From Candidatus Bathyarchaeota archaeon (GTDB lineage Archaea; Thermoproteota; Bathyarchaeia; Bathyarchaeales; Bathycorpusculaceae): a DNA stretch of 64,000 bases. Location of the stretch: NCBI GenBank assembly GCA_963775465.1, contig CAVZIW010000003.1, positions 32,001-96,000 of the forward strand, given 5' to 3'. A program made the translations under genes and the position numbers. Shown here in pieces: positions 28,845-39,085 of the stretch (position 1 is its first letter; the number at the start of each line of letters is the position of its first letter). Under the pieces are notes generated by a model that did no database searches, was not told the origin of the DNA, and was given only the letters and a program-made list of their open reading frames with translations.

Positions 28845-30653
28845 ATGGAGAATGATCGTTCCCTAAACACATCTTTGGACAGCGCTAAGAAACACTATTC
28901 CTCTATGTTCTCATTGCCATCATTAAAAAAAGCGCTTTTAGCTATTGGTGTTATCTGTGTTGCGGGGGTAAGTGTTGTTGCTTTTGCGCTCTTCCCATCC
29001 ATCATGAGTCTTTTAGTTGGGATTTCCCTCTTCGCTGTTACTCTTTTGGCTGATTCAGCAGTAAGCCAACTTGTTTTAAACAGTGATCCAATTTTTACAA
29101 TGAGACGAACTCTTGTACTCTCCTTAGTTGGCTGGCTTTTTTGGTTTTTGCTCCTATCTTTGGGGGGCGGGTTAAGCCTATGGTTCGGATGGTTGGTTTG
29201 GGTCAAGTTTTCCCTCTTAGGATATGCGACGGTTTTAACTCTTAGAGTTCTTGTATTCACTGCAACATCTAATGCGGCAAAATGGCGCCAGTTGGTTTCA
29301 ATTTTTCTTCAGCCAACACTTTGCATTTTGGTTTTTCTTGTTTTTTGGATAAGTATAGCCTCAGCTTTCTTTCTGCAAGTTTTTCTTTTCATAGTATTAA
29401 CTCCCATAATCTCCTACACCGCCGTGTATTTGATGCTGAATTCAATAGAGCGACTGGGGAAAAGCAAGTATTCTTTGGCTGCACTACCTTTGTTTAGGGC
29501 TTTTTTACTCAACTGGGTAACCGACTTAAACCAACCTCTCGAGAAATTTCTTGAAGAAATGGGTGAAGACACAAACATTGAAGTGGCTCTTCTCAAGTTT
29601 GATTCATCTAAACCTAAGGCCGCCATTATTCTTCCTTTGGTTCACCCTGGTCCTTTCAAGAACATTGGAAGCAGCCTTCTCCCGTCGATTTTGAAACATT
29701 GTTTCGAAAAAGAGTTCAATTGTGATGCGTGTGTGCCTTTAGGGATTCTCGGCCATGAACTTGATTTGGCTTCTCAAACACAGAATTACAAAATTATTTC
29801 TCAGGTGATTGCTTCGGCAAACTTTTCACCAACAAATGCTTTGGCTTCGCCATCTGTAAGAGTTCAGGAAGGGGTCGCAAACGCAATCTGCCAGATTTTT
29901 GGGGACACTGTGTTCGTTTCTTTTTCACTTGCGCCTAAAACGACAGAGGATTTGCCTCAAGAATTAGGACACATGGTTAGTGAAGAAGCCAGAAAATATG
30001 GATTAAAACACGCAATTGTAGTTAACGCACACAATAGCTTAAACGACATAATTGATACAGAAGAAAATATTGCTGCCCTGCAAGTTGCAGCATCTAAATG
30101 TCTCCAAAAAGTGGCGTCACTTCCAACTTCACCTTTTATGGTTGGCTCGGCAACTGTTTACGCTAAAGAATTTACTTTAAAGCAAGGTATGGGTGCAGGT
30201 GGAATTACTGCAATAGCCTTTGAAGTAGGCAAGCAGAAAACCGTTTATGTGGTAATTGATGGTAATAACATGGTTTCGGGTTTACGTGAGAAAGTTCTTG
30301 ATCATTTGTTTTCTTTGGGGTTTGACCAAAGCGAAGTTTTCACAACAGACACTCATTCAGTTAGCGCTTTGGTAACTGGGCGGCGTGGTTATCATCCTAT
30401 TGGCGAAGTGATAAATCACGATGTTCTGTTTAGATATATTGATGAGGCTGCCAAGAAAGCTATGGATAACTTTGAAGAAGCTAAGGTAGGCTGCAAAAGC
30501 TTCAGTGTACCGCAAGTTAGGGTGATAGGCAAGGAGCATCTAAACTCAATTTCCACCCTTGTCGACAAATCAATTGCCAAAGCAAAGCAGATGGCTATTC
30601 CACTATTTGGATTAGAAAGTTTGATTCTGCTCTTGCTTTTACTGCTATTCTAG
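28845..30653 (+). CDS. DUF2070 family membrane protein
   Basis: N-terminal TMs, VHPGPF..IGSS.LP, HELD, NAHN, DGNNM, TTDTH. Confidence 0.88.
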   Translation: MENDRSLNTSLDSAKKHYSSMFSLPSLKKALLAIGVICVAGVSVVAFALFPSIMSLLVGISLFAVTLLADSAVSQLVLNSDPIFTMRRTLVLSLVGWLFWFLLLSLGGGLSLWFGWLVWVKFSLLGYATVLTLRVLVFTATSNAAKWRQLVSIFLQPTLCILVFLVFWISIASAFFLQVFLFIVLTPIISYTAVYLMLNSIERLGKSKYSLAALPLFRAFLLNWVTDLNQPLEKFLEEMGEDTNIEVALLKFDSSKPKAAIILPLVHPGPFKNIGSSLLPSILKHCFEKEFNCDACVPLGILGHELDLASQTQNYKIISQVIASANFSPTNALASPSVRVQEGVANAICQIFGDTVFVSFSLAPKTTEDLPQELGHMVSEEARKYGLKHAIVVNAHNSLNDIIDTEENIAALQVAASKCLQKVASLPTSPFMVGSATVYAKEFTLKQGMGAGGITAIAFEVGKQKTVYVVIDGNNMVSGLREKVLDHLFSLGFDQSEVFTTDTHSVSALVTGRRGYHPIGEVINHDVLFRYIDEAAKKAMDNFEEAKVGCKSFSVPQVRVIGKEHLNSISTLVDKSIAKAKQMAIPLFGLESLILLLLLLLF

Positions 30654-30667
30654 CCTACTGACGTTGT

Positions 30668-31210
30668 CTATCTTTTGATCTGCTTTCGAGGTTTTCTTTT
30701 CAATTCAGTGCCGCAAACTTTGCATTCTTTCGATTTAGTGCTGGCAGGATATTCTTTGTAACATGCGGGGCAATACCTAATCCACTCTAAGGCATGTTTA
30801 ATGCCAAGTGTTGCGAGAGCTACAAACTCTATATCCATCTGCTTTACCACGTTCTGGATTGAGTAATCATCTGTCACAACTTGCGGAATGGCGCCTTCTG
30901 TGTTTAACTGCATAGCCAACGCTAAAAGCTGCATATCCGTTTTAGATAGCTTAAACGAGTCCCCAACTTTGCATGCAACTGATTCAACTTTTTGGGAGAA
31001 CTCTTCTGAAGGTAACTGAACTTTTAGTTTGCCGCTTTCAATGGCTGTTTCAAAACGCGTTTTTACAATCGAATTTCTTAGAATTTCCTCTTCAACCTTG
31101 GGTACAGTCACAAACTCTCCCCAGAATGAGAAGGGGTCAAACCCAGCCAAAAAAGCTGAAGTATCTAAAACAATCACGCGATTGTGTTTAGGGTTTGGCT
31201 TAGTTTTCAT
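30668..31210 (-). CDS. nob1: Nob1-type PIN endonuclease with Zn ribbon
   Basis: VLDTSAF, LSKTD, VTDDYSIQNV, CPAC..CKVCG. Confidence 0.92.
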   Translation of the reverse strand: MKTKPNPKHNRVIVLDTSAFLAGFDPFSFWGEFVTVPKVEEEILRNSIVKTRFETAIESGKLKVQLPSEEFSQKVESVACKVGDSFKLSKTDMQLLALAMQLNTEGAIPQVVTDDYSIQNVVKQMDIEFVALATLGIKHALEWIRYCPACYKEYPASTKSKECKVCGTELKRKPRKQIKR

Positions 31211-32046
31211 TCTGTTCCCTTAAAAAGCAATCTATTGCGAAGCCTGTCGTAAAAGTCACTTTCAAAGCGGATAAATGAGGTCACGTTTTTTGATTTTGTC
31301 ACGTTAATGGCCATTTTTTGGGAGTTAATTAGTCTGCGGTAGTTTCCATCGATTAGAATAAGTGTTTCTTTTGGTCTAATTATGTTAAAGGTGATTTTGG
31401 CATCCGTTGGAAATACCAACGAACCTAACGTTGTCAAGGAACAAATGGGTGTTAGCACAAAGGCGTCGACTTCTCGATCCAGAACTGGACCGCCCGCGGA
31501 AAGGGAATACCCAGTTGAACCTGTTTGGGTCGCCATAATTAAGCCGTCGGCTTGGCATCTTAGGATTGGTTTGCCGTTTTTGCATATCTGGGCGTAAAAT
31601 ATCTTTGAGGGTTCTCCTGCGGAAATTACAACATCATTTAAGCTGTCAGGAAGGGCTTCGTTACCGATTGAAACAGATAGTTTAGTGCATTTTTCTATTC
31701 TGAAATCGCCCTGGAGAATTTTTTCTACTGCTTCGCAAGCGTTCTTTGGTTCGACTTCGGTTAGAAATCCCCGTACACCCATGTTTATAGCTAAAATTGG
31801 TGGTTCAGGTTTAGACACTGATATTGAAGTGCGCAATATTGTGCCGTCGCCACCGATCGTTATTATAAAGTCAGTGTTAATTTTAGAAAGTGGAACAAAG
31901 CTTCTATTATGTGTGACCTTGCCTTTGAGTGTGTCTTCGATGTAAACCTTCAACCCCTTGCTTTTGAGGTACTCTGCTAGTTCTTCCGTAAGCTTTAGGG
32001 CTGGTTTTTTGTCGTATCGTGCCACTATTCCAACATTTTTGTACAC
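31207..32046 (-). CDS. nadK: NAD(+) kinase
   Basis: IGGDGTIL, GFL, LNDVVI, ADGLIMATQTGSTGYSLSAGGP. Confidence 0.95.
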   Translation of the reverse strand: MYKNVGIVARYDKKPALKLTEELAEYLKSKGLKVYIEDTLKGKVTHNRSFVPLSKINTDFIITIGGDGTILRTSISVSKPEPPILAINMGVRGFLTEVEPKNACEAVEKILQGDFRIEKCTKLSVSIGNEALPDSLNDVVISAGEPSKIFYAQICKNGKPILRCQADGLIMATQTGSTGYSLSAGGPVLDREVDAFVLTPICSLTTLGSLVFPTDAKITFNIIRPKETLILIDGNYRRLINSQKMAINVTKSKNVTSFIRFESDFYDRLRNRLLFKGTE

Positions 32047-32137
32047 TGTTCCACCGCTGAATAATTAGCTAAAACCTTAATCTATATATGGGTGTTGTTC
32101 AGAATGAAGAGAGTAAGAATAAAATTGTGGTGAATGT

Positions 32138-32530
32138 ATGAGCAGACCTACAGATGTCGGAAGTTTACGCGTTGGTGGTTATATGATGATTGACGGAGAT
32201 CCATGCCGAATCGTAGACATTGCAAAATCAAAGCCCGGAAAACATGGGGCGGCAAAAGCCAGAATCGTAGCAATTGGCGTTTTTGATAATCAAAAAAGGC
32301 AATTTGTTAAATCAGTGGATGGTAGTGCAGAAGTGCCAATAGTTGACAAACGTGCAGGTCAAGTTTTTGCAGTCAACCCAACAGGAGTCCAAATCATGGA
32401 TTTGGAAACATATGAATACATTGATGCTCCCTATCCCGAGGAGGAAGACCTTAAAGCAAAACTCGTTGCCGGTGCAGAGATCGAATATTGGAAGATCCTT
32501 GGTAGAGTAAAAATCGTTAGAGCAAAATAA
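32138..32530 (+). CDS. eif5a: Translation factor aIF5A
   Basis: KSKPGKHGAAK hypusine motif. Confidence 0.97.
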   Translation: MSRPTDVGSLRVGGYMMIDGDPCRIVDIAKSKPGKHGAAKARIVAIGVFDNQKRQFVKSVDGSAEVPIVDKRAGQVFAVNPTGVQIMDLETYEYIDAPYPEEEDLKAKLVAGAEIEYWKILGRVKIVRAK

Positions 32531-33049
32531 CTCAGCGATTAGTTCTTTCCTTTCTTTATTAAATATCTGAATAAAAGTTATCTTTGTATTTATTTATTTT
32601 AGATCATGCAAAATTCTGATGGATTATTTATTTGCGTTATTTTGTTTGTCTGCTAGAACTTCAACACTTAACAATTCTTGTTGTTATTCTACCAACCTCT
32701 TCCGTGCGTAGAGGGAGAGCAGTTTTTGGACCTCGTTGTTGCAAAATTTTTCTCGGGATTTTTTGCTATTCTTATAGATAATGTGGATGGCTTAGTTTTT
32801 GGGTAATTTAAAAGAACTCTACGGTATTGTTTTTTAACCCTTAATCTGCAAGAACTCTGACTGCTCTTGGTTGTCCATATCTTGGGATGTCCGTCTTTTT
32901 TTATTCTTTGGTGCACTTGCTTTATTGACTAAAAGTCTGACAGTTTCATTGGCTTTCATGAAGATGAAAAGGCGCTAACTGGATTAGAAATTATACACAC
33001 TTCTATTTAATTAATTAAAGTTTATTTTCTAGATCAAAGCTTTCTGCTC

Positions 33050-33118
33050 TGAAGCCAATGATGCATGAAGAGCCGTCTGAATTGTGAAGAATACTCAAAT
33101 GGGGAAACTGAGGCTTCA
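33050..33118 (+). ncRNA. Box C/D sRNA (2'-O-methylation guide)
   Basis: 7-bp terminal stem TGAAGCC/GGCTTCA; C box ATGATGC 33058; D' CTGA 33077; C' GTGAAGA 33084; D CTGA 33108; AT-rich TATA-like sequence about 25 nt upstream. Confidence 0.8.
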
Positions 33119-33215
33119 AAAAACCTGGTAACTTAGGCAATAACCGAAATACCTTTTTTTTGAATGTAATCTTTATTTAAAAGAATTAACGAATGTTAAA
33201 GCGCTGGAGAATCTG

Positions 33216-34562
33216 ATGGCACTCGACAAGTTAGGCTCCTCGTTAACCTCGGCTATAAAGAAACTGTTTAAAGCCGGCTTAGTAGACGAAGCGGCAGTTA
33301 AAGAACTGGTCCGTGACATCCAACGTGCACTTTTACAGTCAGACGTAAACGTGCAACTTGTCTTGGAAATCTCTAAACGTATTGAAGAACGCGCTCTGAA
33401 AGAGAAAATGCCGCCAGGTATCTCACGACGAGAACACGTTATCAAAGTAGTTTATGAAGAGTTAACCCGCTTTGTTGGTGATAAACCGGTTCCACTCAAA
33501 GTGGAGCCAGGAAAAAAGAAAATTATAATGCTTGTCGGCATTCAAGGCTCAGGAAAAACCACACACTCTGCAAAACTAGCTAGATACTTCCAAAAACGTG
33601 GTGTAAAAGTAGGTTTGATCTGCGCAGATACCTACCGTCCAGGCGCCTTTGCTCAACTTCAACAACTAGCAGCGAGAATTAACCTACAAATCTTTGGTGA
33701 TGCCAAAGCTAAAGACCCAGTCAAGGTGGTTAAGGAAGGTCTCAAACAATTCAATGACAAAGACCTCATAATTGTAGACACAGCTGGTCGTCACAAAGAA
33801 GAGAAGGACTTAATCAAGGAAATGAAAGACCTTGAAAAACACATCCATCCCGACGAAGTTATAATGGTTATCGACGGTACTATAGGTCAGCAAGCCCTTA
33901 TCCAAGCTAGAACTTTTCACGAAGCAACTCCAATAGGAGCAATTATAGTAACTAAACTTGATGGTTCATCTCGTGGAGGTGGTGCTCTCTCTGCGGTTGC
34001 AGCGACTGGTGCACCTATCAAGTTTATCGGTACAGGCGAAAAAATCGAAGACCTTGAAGCCTTTATCCCTTCACGATTCGTTGGTCGCCTCTTAGGAATG
34101 GGCGACTTAGAAACCTTGTTGGAGAAAGTGCATGAAGCTGAAATTAAAGTCCCCCCAAAGAAAGCTAAGGAAATCATGAGTGGAAACTTCACGTTAACTG
34201 ATATGTATGAACAGTTTAGTGCAGTTAAAAATATGGGACCATTCGGTAAAGTTCTCAAGATGTTGCCTGGCATGTCCTATGATATTCCTGACGATATGCT
34301 AAACTCAGCTGAAGGGCGATTGGATAAATGGCGAGTTATTATTCAATCCATGACTGTTAGAGAAAGAGAGAATCCCAAACTGCTAAATTCTTCGCGAGCA
34401 AGGCGGATCGCTCGTGGGTCAGGAACAACTGAAAAAGACGTCAAGGAACTTCTTAAGCAGTACGTTATGATGCGTAAAATGCTAAAGATGTTTAAACGCA
34501 AAAAGAAGCTGCCCTTTGGCTTGGGGGGCAAAGGAATGGGTATGCCGTCAGGCTATAAGTAG
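33216..34562 (+). CDS. srp54: Signal recognition particle protein SRP54
   Basis: GIQGSGKTT, DTYRPGA, DTAGRH, TKLDG, Met-rich M domain RIARGSG. Confidence 0.98.
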   Translation: MALDKLGSSLTSAIKKLFKAGLVDEAAVKELVRDIQRALLQSDVNVQLVLEISKRIEERALKEKMPPGISRREHVIKVVYEELTRFVGDKPVPLKVEPGKKKIIMLVGIQGSGKTTHSAKLARYFQKRGVKVGLICADTYRPGAFAQLQQLAARINLQIFGDAKAKDPVKVVKEGLKQFNDKDLIIVDTAGRHKEEKDLIKEMKDLEKHIHPDEVIMVIDGTIGQQALIQARTFHEATPIGAIIVTKLDGSSRGGGALSAVAATGAPIKFIGTGEKIEDLEAFIPSRFVGRLLGMGDLETLLEKVHEAEIKVPPKKAKEIMSGNFTLTDMYEQFSAVKNMGPFGKVLKMLPGMSYDIPDDMLNSAEGRLDKWRVIIQSMTVRERENPKLLNSSRARRIARGSGTTEKDVKELLKQYVMMRKMLKMFKRKKKLPFGLGGKGMGMPSGYK

Positions 34563-34572
34563 GCAACGGATA

Positions 34573-35901
34573 ATGGGTGTTTTAGAAAAAGCCTTCGAGA
34601 TGCTCAGTAGATATCCCCTTTGTGACCACTGTTTGGGTAGACAATTTGCGCAGCTTGGTTATAGAATGGAGAATAACGTTCGTGGTCAAGCGCTAAAAAT
34701 TAGTTTGACCATGCAAGCCAACGATCGCGCTAATGAAAATGATGATGAAGGTATTAAACAGCTCAAAGTTTTAGCTACCAATGGCTATTCAATGGAAGCT
34801 CAAGAAACCCTGAAAAATCTTAAACATCTTCAAAAGTATGACAAAGAAACTAACTGTTTCCTCTGTGAAGACAAATTCAAGTCAGTTGAGAACTTAACCC
34901 TAAAGGCTCTTCAAGTGATCGGAAACCACGAATTTACCACCTTCCTTGTAGGTATTGAAATGCCTGCTGAAGTTGAGGAGCGCGAAGATGAGTTTAAAGC
35001 TAGATTCAATGTAAACTTCGGCGAAAGTATGCGTCACGAATTTGGTCGAATCTTTGGTAAAGCAATTGCCAAAGCTACATGCAAAGAGGCTGAGTATTTA
35101 ATTCCTGATTTGGTAATAGTTGTTAATCCTTTTTTAGAAAAAGTTCGCCTCCAAATTAACCCCTTATTCATCGCAGGCAGATACCGCAAATTCTTGCGGG
35201 ACATTCCTCAATCCACTTGGTTCTGCTCAGACTGCCGAGGTAAAGGCTGCAACAAATGTGGTAAAACAGGGAAATTGTACCCTGAATCAGTAGAATCGTT
35301 GTCTTCCAAACTGCTTCTAGAAGCTTTACAAGGTCACGAAGTATTTTTCCATGCTTCAGGTCGCGAAGATATTGATGCACGAATGTTAGGAAACGGACGA
35401 CCATTTGTGATTGAAATCTCCAAACCAAAAAAACGTTTTTTGAATCTGATGGCTTTAGAGAAAAAAGTTAATGTTAGTGCTGTCGGAAAAATTGAAGTTT
35501 CAGGGCTTCATTTCACAACTAAGGAAGTTGTTCGACGTCTCAAGAAAGGCGAGAATGCTCAGAAAGAGTATGCATTACTTGCTGAATTTGAAAGAGATCT
35601 CACCGACAGAGATCTGGGTATAATTCAAAAGGACTTTTCTGAAGTCACGATTAAGCAGCGGACCCCCTTGCGTGTTGTGCATCGAAGGGCAGATATTGTA
35701 CGGGAAAGGTACATATATAAGGTTAAAGTTAAGAAGGTGTCGCTTAAGAGGGCTCTGCTGGAAATTCGTTGCCAGGGCGGGCTCTATGTGAAAGAATTGG
35801 TATCTGGAGATGAAGGACGCACAATCCCAAACGTGTCAGATTCACTCGGAAACCCCGCTAAGACGCTTAAGCTTGACGTTATCAACGTAATGATGGAATA
35901 A
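34573..35901 (+). CDS. pus10: tRNA pseudouridine(54/55) synthase Pus10
   Basis: LCDHCLGRQF, GRYRK..R.IPQ, SGREDIDARMLGNGRPF, GGLYVKELVSGDEGRT; start ATG 34573. Confidence 0.96.
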   Translation: MGVLEKAFEMLSRYPLCDHCLGRQFAQLGYRMENNVRGQALKISLTMQANDRANENDDEGIKQLKVLATNGYSMEAQETLKNLKHLQKYDKETNCFLCEDKFKSVENLTLKALQVIGNHEFTTFLVGIEMPAEVEEREDEFKARFNVNFGESMRHEFGRIFGKAIAKATCKEAEYLIPDLVIVVNPFLEKVRLQINPLFIAGRYRKFLRDIPQSTWFCSDCRGKGCNKCGKTGKLYPESVESLSSKLLLEALQGHEVFFHASGREDIDARMLGNGRPFVIEISKPKKRFLNLMALEKKVNVSAVGKIEVSGLHFTTKEVVRRLKKGENAQKEYALLAEFERDLTDRDLGIIQKDFSEVTIKQRTPLRVVHRRADIVRERYIYKVKVKKVSLKRALLEIRCQGGLYVKELVSGDEGRTIPNVSDSLGNPAKTLKLDVINVMME

Positions 35902-35916
35902 ATAGGTGAAAATTAG

Positions 35917-36213
35917 ATGAGAGGTTCAAAAGGCTACTACACTGGAACTCGCAGTTTGCTGCGCAAGCCAACTCGCGAAAAAGGAAAACCAAATATTGGA
36001 AAAATTCTTCAGGATTACGCTTTAGGTTCCCAAGTTATTATTAAAATGGATTCCAGTATGCAAAAGAGTATGCCCCATAAACGTTTCCATGGCAAAATCG
36101 GCACCATAAAAGAGAAACGCGGCAGAGGATATGTTGTTAGCGTTCCGCAAGGAAACAGCATAAAAGATATAATCGTACGACCCGAACATATAGAACCTTA
36201 CACGGGTACTTGA
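35917..36213 (+). CDS. rpl21e: 50S ribosomal protein L21e
   Basis: SKGYYTGTRSLL, MPHKRFHGKIG, IVRPEHI. Confidence 0.96.
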   Translation: MRGSKGYYTGTRSLLRKPTREKGKPNIGKILQDYALGSQVIIKMDSSMQKSMPHKRFHGKIGTIKEKRGRGYVVSVPQGNSIKDIIVRPEHIEPYTGT

Positions 36214-36223
36214 GGAAAAAAGC

Positions 36224-36562
36224 ATGAGTAAGAGAGAAGTCAGTGAAACTCGTCTAACGATTCCACAGGTCAAGAAGCTTTTGGAAACCGTCGGTGAAGA
36301 AAACCTTGATCAATTCCAGCGGCGAACCCTCGATTATGCGTGTAAATTCGCTAAAGTTGACGCTGTAAAAGCTGAAGATCTCTTGCAAACCCTCATTAAA
36401 GAATACGAGCTTAACGAAGCTGAGGCAGTGCAAATTATTAATTGCATGCCAGAAACAGTGGATGAGCTTCGAGTTTTCTTAGCAGGAGGCAAAAAAATTA
36501 TCGAGACCTCTAAACTACATTCAATTGTAGAACTTTTAAATGAAAACAGGATCCTCAAGTAG
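36224..36562 (+). CDS. rpo4: RNA polymerase subunit Rpo4 (RpoF)
   Basis: QRRTLDY..KF, AVQIINCMP.TVDELR; conserved position after rpl21e. Confidence 0.92.
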   Translation: MSKREVSETRLTIPQVKKLLETVGEENLDQFQRRTLDYACKFAKVDAVKAEDLLQTLIKEYELNEAEAVQIINCMPETVDELRVFLAGGKKIIETSKLHSIVELLNENRILK

Positions 36563-36626
36563 AGGAAAGCAAACAAGTATTTTTAAGCAGAAAGCGAGAA
36601 TACAGTTAGAGGACTCTGTGATTGTT

Positions 36627-37193
36627 ATGGAAAAGCGGTATGAAGAGCATGCTTACGTAATAGATTTTCTGCCCCATGGTAAGGCAGGTTTTCGTCCAAC
36701 TGGACGTGCAGGTTACCGAGCAGGAGCTCTCATTCAATGTGTAGGGGAAGAATTCTTTACCCTTTTGGAAGCTTTAGTTAAAGAGGGTTTAATGTTAAAA
36801 CCCGGTGACCGCGTTTACGTGGGTAAGGATTCTCGGGACGAAGTTACCTACATCATTGGTCGTGTAGGCTATGAGGAATTAACAGCTTCGGCAAGAGCAG
36901 AACTATCCGCTGTTATTAGTAAGATTGTACAGAACCGCGAGAAATGGTTTGTCCACTTCTTCAACACCACGCAAGCAATTACTCCCCGTATGCATGCCTT
37001 AGAGCTTGTTCCCGGCATTGGCAAAAAATATATGTGGCAAGTTATAAATGAGCGACAACGCAAACCTTTTGAAAGCTTTGAAGATTTGCAGAAACGAACA
37101 GAATTGCCAAATCCTGTAAAGTTGATTACGAAAAGAGTGCTGGAAGAGCTCGAGGGTGACAGCAAGTACCGTTTATTCACGCGAACGCAGTAA
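36627..37193 (+). CDS. DUF655 family putative RNA-binding protein
   Basis: YEEHAYVIDFLPHG, GEEFFTLLE, ITPRMHALELVPGIGKK HhH. Confidence 0.92.
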   Translation: MEKRYEEHAYVIDFLPHGKAGFRPTGRAGYRAGALIQCVGEEFFTLLEALVKEGLMLKPGDRVYVGKDSRDEVTYIIGRVGYEELTASARAELSAVISKIVQNREKWFVHFFNTTQAITPRMHALELVPGIGKKYMWQVINERQRKPFESFEDLQKRTELPNPVKLITKRVLEELEGDSKYRLFTRTQ

Positions 37194-37203
37194 GGCATAA
37201 AAA

Positions 37204-38022
37204 ATGAGTCTTGAGGAAATCAGGCGGTTACTCTATGCTCATCATATAAACCCCAAAAAATTTTTAGGGCAAAACTTCCTGATTGAGCCTTCACTATACC
37301 AAAAAATGAGTACATATGCCGAATTGAGCAAGTTTGATGTAGTTTTAGATGTTGGAGCCGGTTTTGGGTTTCTGACATGTTTTCTATCTGATAGATGTAA
37401 GAGTGTAATTGCTGTAGAGAAAGATCAACAGGTTGCAAAAATTCTCAAAGAACAAACTAAGGGCTTGGATAATGTGCTTATAATCGAAGGAGATGTGTTA
37501 AAAGCGGAATTGCCACCGTTCAATAAAGTGGTTGCGGTTCCCCCTTATTATCTGTCTTCTAGATTGGTAACATGGATTTTGGAAAAAAGAGTTGACCTTG
37601 CAGTTATGATTTTACAGAAAGAGTTCAGCCACAGGCTTGTTGCAACTGTTGGTAGTGAAGAGTACGGCTGGTTAACCGTTGTTGCTAGTCAGTGTACAGA
37701 AGTTGAGCTTTTGGATGCAGTGCCCAAAGAGATGTTCCATCCCTCTCCTGAAGTGGACTCTGTAATTCTTTGTTTAAAGCATCAAAATATTAGACATTTC
37801 GAAGTGAAAAATGAAGTATTATTTGTACGATTAGTTAAGTGGCTTTTTACTCAACGTAACAAAAAACTTGCCAAAGCACTCGTACCCTACATAAAAACAT
37901 ATTTCAAGTTTTCTAAATCAGATGCCGAAGAAATTGCCTTTAATATTCCATTCCATAATAAAAGAGTTAGAGAGTTGTCACCTCAAGATTTCGGAGTAAT
38001 AGCAAATGCACTGCCCGACTAA
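37204..38022 (+). CDS. rsmA: 16S rRNA dimethyladenosine transferase KsgA/Dim1
   Basis: KKFLGQNFL, LDVGAGFG, VEKD, PPYYLSS, QKEF, F.PSPEVDS. Confidence 0.95.
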   Translation: MSLEEIRRLLYAHHINPKKFLGQNFLIEPSLYQKMSTYAELSKFDVVLDVGAGFGFLTCFLSDRCKSVIAVEKDQQVAKILKEQTKGLDNVLIIEGDVLKAELPPFNKVVAVPPYYLSSRLVTWILEKRVDLAVMILQKEFSHRLVATVGSEEYGWLTVVASQCTEVELLDAVPKEMFHPSPEVDSVILCLKHQNIRHFEVKNEVLFVRLVKWLFTQRNKKLAKALVPYIKTYFKFSKSDAEEIAFNIPFHNKRVRELSPQDFGVIANALPD

Positions 38023-38620
38023 ACGTGTGCACTTTGAGAACCTTATTTTTGATGTATGTGATGAAGTTTACGAGCCAGCTGAAGATACCTTTCTTTTCGC
38101 CGAAAACCTTGATGTCAAAAAAGATGAGTGGGTTTTGGATTTGGGTACTGGTTGTGGTATTCTTGGAGTGTTGGCGGCAAAAATAGCTGATTTTGTATTT
38201 GCAGTTGACCTGAATCCGATCGCCGTTAGTTTTGCAAAACAGAATTCTCTACTCAATAATTTGCGTGAAGGGATGGCTTTTCTTCAAGCTGATTTGCTTT
38301 CAGCATTTAGTGATAAAGCGACCTTTGACTTGATTTTGTTCAATGCACCTTATTTACCCTCTGGCTCGGATGAGTTTACTTCTTGGATAGGACGTTCATG
38401 GGCAGGAGGCTTTGATGGGCGGCATGTTGTCGACCGATTTATTACTAAAGTGCCTCCACATTTAAAACCGGAAGGCAGAGTGCTTTTAATGCAATCAACC
38501 CTTACTGGGGTCGAAGAAACTCTCAGAAAATTTGATGAAAATCGTCTTACGGCAAAAGTTAAAGCTGAAAAGAAATTACCTTTCTTTGAAACTTTGACAC
38601 TTATTGAAGCTAAACGATAA
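38006..38620 (+). CDS. HemK2/PrmC-type methyltransferase
   Basis: VYEPAEDTFL, LDLGTGCG, FNAPYLP, WAGG.DGR. Confidence 0.9.
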   Translation: MHCPTKRVHFENLIFDVCDEVYEPAEDTFLFAENLDVKKDEWVLDLGTGCGILGVLAAKIADFVFAVDLNPIAVSFAKQNSLLNNLREGMAFLQADLLSAFSDKATFDLILFNAPYLPSGSDEFTSWIGRSWAGGFDGRHVVDRFITKVPPHLKPEGRVLLMQSTLTGVEETLRKFDENRLTAKVKAEKKLPFFETLTLIEAKR

Positions 38621-38674
38621 TCTGGCAAAGAAATAATTTAAAGCAGAACCACCTCAATATTATCTGGTGTTTAT

Positions 38675-39004
38675 ATGACCATTTGGTTTTACGTTAAAAC
38701 TGATGATGATCCAAAAGTTGTGGGAGATATTGTCTGCGCCTTCAACTATACGGAGGGCAAACATCCTGGAGATAAATACTCTTGGATTATGGAAGTAGGT
38801 AAAGATGAGCCTGGATATTGGGATATTAAGGGCAAATACGCTGGTTTAAAGGATCTGACTGAAATAGGGATTGTTTACAGAATCGGTGACTCCGTGGTCT
38901 TAGCAGAAATTGACGATAATTTAGCGCCTGCCTTTATAGACCCTTTAATTTCCAAATACGGGTTTAATAATATTAAATGGATTGTTGTCCCTGAAAAGAA
39001 ATAG
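38675..39004 (+). CDS. Hypothetical protein
   Basis: 109-aa ORF with GGTG SD, upstream TATA-like TTTAAA and downstream T-tract. Confidence 0.7.
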   Translation: MTIWFYVKTDDDPKVVGDIVCAFNYTEGKHPGDKYSWIMEVGKDEPGYWDIKGKYAGLKDLTEIGIVYRIGDSVVLAEIDDNLAPAFIDPLISKYGFNNIKWIVVPEKK

Positions 39005-39085
39005 TTGCTTTACTCGGCTTTTTTCAATCTTTTTTACATTATTTTTATTTTCAAAAATTAAATAAAAAACTTTTTCCGTTTATAT

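Noticed and set aside
32689-32959. Fragmentary minus-strand ORFs in the eif5a-srp54 spacer (possible pseudogene or SRP RNA)
   Set aside because: Multiple stops and no convincing family motif; AT-rich and lacks the GC-rich helices of SRP RNA
33098-33114. ATGGGGAAACTGAGGC resembling a mammalian MIR SINE core (contamination)
   Set aside because: Short coincidental match, better explained as the D guide, D box and stem of the C/D sRNA in a seamless archaeal context
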